Below, in pieces: positions 53,401 through 64,000 of a stretch of DNA of 64,000 nucleotides (positions are counted from its first letter, which is position 1; every line of letters begins with the position of its first letter). Made by a program: the position numbers and the translations under genes. The notes under the pieces were generated by a model that was not told the origin of the DNA, made no database searches, and saw nothing but the letters and a program-made list of their open reading frames with translations. Source of the stretch: the human T2T-CHM13v2.0 reference genome, Homo sapiens. The DNA lies in the NCBI RefSeq assembly GCF_009914755.1, contig NC_060925.1. One strand, given 5' to 3'.

Positions 53401-55009
53401 TAAATAAACTAGTGAAGTTAACAACTGAAGGAGTAATAGTATGAATGCTGGATTCAGAAGTCAAACTTGGCTTTTTTCCAAGGGAAGAGCTTATTCTTGG
53501 AATATCTATATGGGTAGTTTTTGAATCATTTACCTCTTTATCAATCCCTTTACATTCAATACTTATACTATGACCAACTGACCTATGACCAACGTTCAAG
53601 TGGGTACTTTCAGAAGTAAACTGGTTCTTTCCAACAGATTCAGAAATTTCTTCGATTAGTTCTGTAGTAGAACTTAAAAGTAATGGATTAGGAGCCAACT
53701 GTGAAGAAGTTTCAGGGGGACTTCTGGTTAAAGGATTAACAGATACAGTAGGTGATGGGGAAGGGAGATTGCTTTCTCCTACTGCACTGAATGGGGATTT
53801 AGCGGTAGATACATCAGAAGCACCTCCCATTTTAAAGTCCGGAGAAGTGCAATATACAGGAGGCTGCTTTTCATGCTTTGAGGTTTCATAAGATCCCTTT
53901 TCACTGGATGAGAAACTGTCTTGCTGAATGCATGTTCCTTCATTAAACATTTCTTTCTCCAAATTAATGATTTCTTTTCGTACTGAGAACTTTTCCAATA
54001 TGCTTTCTTTATTCTGCCGTACAACATTCTTTTCAAAAGTTTTGCTGGTGGCACTATCTTTCAGGGATTCAGAAAGTTCCTGACTTTCCTGATTATTGAT
54101 GTTTGTACTACAAGAAGCCTTAAGCGGTTCCTGAGTGGGGAGCAGTGCTTCGGCTTTAAGGTTTATGGCATCTTTACTGATCAGACCTGCCAAAGGACAA
54201 CTCATTAGTTTCTTTCCAATGTCCTTATTAACCAATCCCATTGCTGAACTTGCTACAATCTTCTTTGCACAGTCCTTGGCCACTAGGCCAACAGTAGAAC
54301 CCAATTTCTTTCCCAAATCTTTATTAACCAGTCCAACCACAGTGCCAAGTCCTAACTTCTTGCCAGACTCTTTATGCACTAAACCTGGAACAATACCAAT
54401 TCCTAGCTTCTTTCCTGAATCTTTGCTTAGCAGTCCTACTGTAGTGATAGTTCCTGGCTTTTTGCCTAAGTTTTTATTAATGAATACCGCTGTAGTGCCA
54501 GTTCCCAGTTTTTTCACAGAGTCCTTATTGACCAATCCTACTGCTGCATTAAACACTGGCTTTTTCCCAGGATCTTTAGTTACCAATCCAACTGCTGTGC
54601 TGATGGTTGGCTTTTTTATTAAGTCCTTATGTATTATTCCAGCTACAGAGCCAACACCTGCTTTCCTGATCAAATCCTTGCTAACCAATCCTGCTGTAGT
54701 GCCAGTTCCTAACTTCTTCGGTTTTGTCTTGGAAGACTTGGAAGGAGGACAGGTAGCAATCAGCTGTGCCAACTTTTCTGTTACACTAGTTCCTCCATTA
54801 AGTAATGCTCTGTCCTTTAAATCAGGATCCCGGCTACCAAGAAGAGTAGATGGCGTTGCATTAATATAATCTGCCATTTCTGAGTGTACTGGAGACAGCT
54901 TCTTAGACAAAGGATTGTTTTCTCCCTGTGAATGAAGACGGATGACTTCTTCAGACTGGCATTCAATGGCTGCAACATCATCTGCTTTCTTGTACAACTT
55001 TGAAGGGTC
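50446..55009 (-). CDS. ASH1L: ASH1L giant coding exon (exon 3), 4564 nt: N-terminal disordered region with AT-hook-like motifs and SETBP1-homologous blocks
   Basis: 1528-aa ORF recognisable as ASH1L. Acceptor ttttttcttgttcaaattttag|GACCCT (phase 0, DPSKLYKK) at 55009. Donor TTGGCAG|gtaaga at 50446 (phase 1). Motifs [31 protein letters not shown]. Confidence 0.97.
54164..54718 (-). repeat. Coding tandem repeat, 11 units of about 51 nt (17 aa), consensus KKLGxGTxVGLVNKDxG
   Basis: Visible in the translation of exon 3. Confidence 0.88.
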
Positions 55010-55759
55010 CTAAAATTTGAACAAGAAAAAAGTTAAAGAGGGAGTAAACCTTACACCACTTTAGCTTAGCTTAACAATCCAACAAACTAATGGATCACAT
55101 ATCAGATAAACAATAGGCAACAGTGGTTTTTAAAAAACCTAATATTATACTTATGTCACAGTATGTTAGCTCATCTGCTGCTATACGAGAGGCTATCATG
55201 GTATATTATCTTTGTTGACTTTCAACACGATAAAACTATACATTAGAGGGTCTTTAGAAATATCCCTGATATTTTTGACATTTTTTAAATGGCAAATCAA
55301 TAGTCTACTTTCATCTTACTTTTGACTGGGTAAATATAAATGAAGCATATGAAGTTACCATTTTTGAAAAGAAAATTATTTTTAGTTACAGTATCCTATG
55401 GTCGTCATCTAAAATAATAGTTTACTGCCTACCTCCTTCATTGACTTAAATGATTCTAAACCTATAGAAGACAATCCCTAACCTACTTCTACTCTTTTAT
55501 AACTCATTCTCAATTATGGTCTTGAGTGAGCAGTAGAGCTCTCTCTTAATGTGGAATAGGAAAGACAATTTAAAAATTCATATTTTCATCAGAATGTGTT
55601 TTTATATAAAATCTTAGAATGGGAAGTAACATTTAAGTCATTTACCGTAAAATGCTAATTCATGAATCCTCACTATATACTCTAGAAATGAATTCACTAC
55701 TTCACACAATAGTCTGTTTTACTTTTGGATAACCACTAAAGAGTTCTTCCTAAATATAA

Positions 55760-58430
<2,671 letters not shown>

Positions 58431-58952
58431 GACAGGTATCTAACTCTAGTATCTTCACTTTGAACTAGTCACTATGTTTTTGTATTAAATTTCCCATAAT
58501 GAAATGTGTCTATTGAAAAAAAAAAAAAAGTTCTTCCTAAGAGTAAAGTGAAATATATTTTTTTGCAACTTTCAGTTACTGGTCCAAGTCTCACTTTCTA
58601 AAAATCACAGAGTAAGTCTAATTCCTCTTCTTCCCAATGGCTGTCAGACATTTGAACTCAACCAAAATATTTAACTTCCTGACTCAACAGTTTCACTTCT
58701 TTCTGGTCATTTTCTGATGCAAGTGTTTTAAGTTTGTAAATATCCCTCTTTACATGTGGCACCTTTAAATGAACACAATACATGTGGTACTTGATTGACT
58801 CAGAATAAAGGGAACTATCTCTTCTTTTGGACTGGACCTTATAATTTTGCCCAAGGGCAAACTGGCTTTGACAGTCTCATATACTCAGACTTATGTTAAC
58901 TTGAAAATTAAATAAACCCCACACACTTTCTTCACATTATATTAAAGAATCC

Positions 58953-59255
58953 CGGGGAGGTGGGGAAGGTTAATGGGTACCAAAAATAAAAAAAAAAAAA
59001 TAGAAAGAATGAATAAATAAGACCTACTGTTGACAGCACAACAGTGTGACTATAGTCAATAATCATTTAATTGTACATTTTGAAATAACTAAAAGAGTAT
59101 AACTAGATGGTGTGCAACACAAAGGATAAATGCTTGAGGGGATGAATACCTCATTCTCTATGATGTGATTATTACACACTGCATGCCTGTATCAAAACAT
59201 CTCATGTATCCCATAAATACACTATGTATCCACAAAAATTAAAAATGAAAAAACA
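58953..59255 (+). mobile_element. L1MA 3' end
   Basis: ggttaatgggtaccaaaaata...gactatagtcaataat...aaggataaatgcttgagggga...aaaattaaaaa. Confidence 0.8.
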
Positions 59256-59408
59256 ATTCCCATTCATTACTTTTATACTTTTAAAAACAAATATTAAGCA
59301 GTTTGTTTTAAATATTTTTAAACATATTTATGCCTGAAAATGACACTTCCAATTTTAAAACTTATCCTTAAAAATGTGAACTATGATTACACGCAATACC
59401 ATGTATTA

Positions 59409-63944
<4,536 letters not shown>

Positions 63945-64000
63945 AAAATCTTTTATGTATTCAAATACTTATGAAAAACTGTACTAATTACCTCACATAT

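Noticed and set aside
54135-54869. 244-aa plus-strand ORF antisense to exon 3
   Set aside because: It starts at GTG and coincides with the 51-nt coding repeat. It is a codon-aligned shadow of the ASH1L frame with no independent gene signals.

Overview
Human (primate) genomic DNA, very Alu-rich (about 70 copies), recognisable as the interior of ASH1L (chr1q22; H3K36 methyltransferase), which is transcribed on the minus strand. Three coding exons join in phase: the giant 4,564-nt exon (55009-50446, exon 3 in usual numbering), a 102-nt exon (32458-32357, exon 4) ending in a non-canonical GC donor, and a 742-nt exon (11628-10887, exon 5). The SET, bromo, PHD and BAH exons lie outside the window. 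An OCT4A processed pseudogene (POU5F1P4/OCT4-pg4, about 5699-7086) lies antisense in the following intron, downstream of two same-strand solo LTRs (MST-type and MER9/HML-3). The rest is Alu, fragmented L1/L2/MIR, MaLR/MER21 LTRs and hAT MITEs. The most interesting observations are: (1) a candidate 147-nt symmetric cassette or poison exon at 35159-35013 whose only in-frame stop is its last codon; (2) a GC-donor exon 4 enclosed by inverted Alus; (3) inverted Alus around every exon, and a near-full-circle 238-aa ORF if exon 5 is back-spliced; (4) pseudogene remodelling (new ATG, homeodomain R53C, deleted poly(A) signal, gained miR-145 seed site) plus an antisense 3' splice site that could trap ASH1L; (5) a SETBP1-type DSGIGT degron and an 11 x 17-aa repeat in exon 3. 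Gene names, exon and residue numbering and repeat-family names come from recall, not from a database search. Repeat boundaries are approximate.
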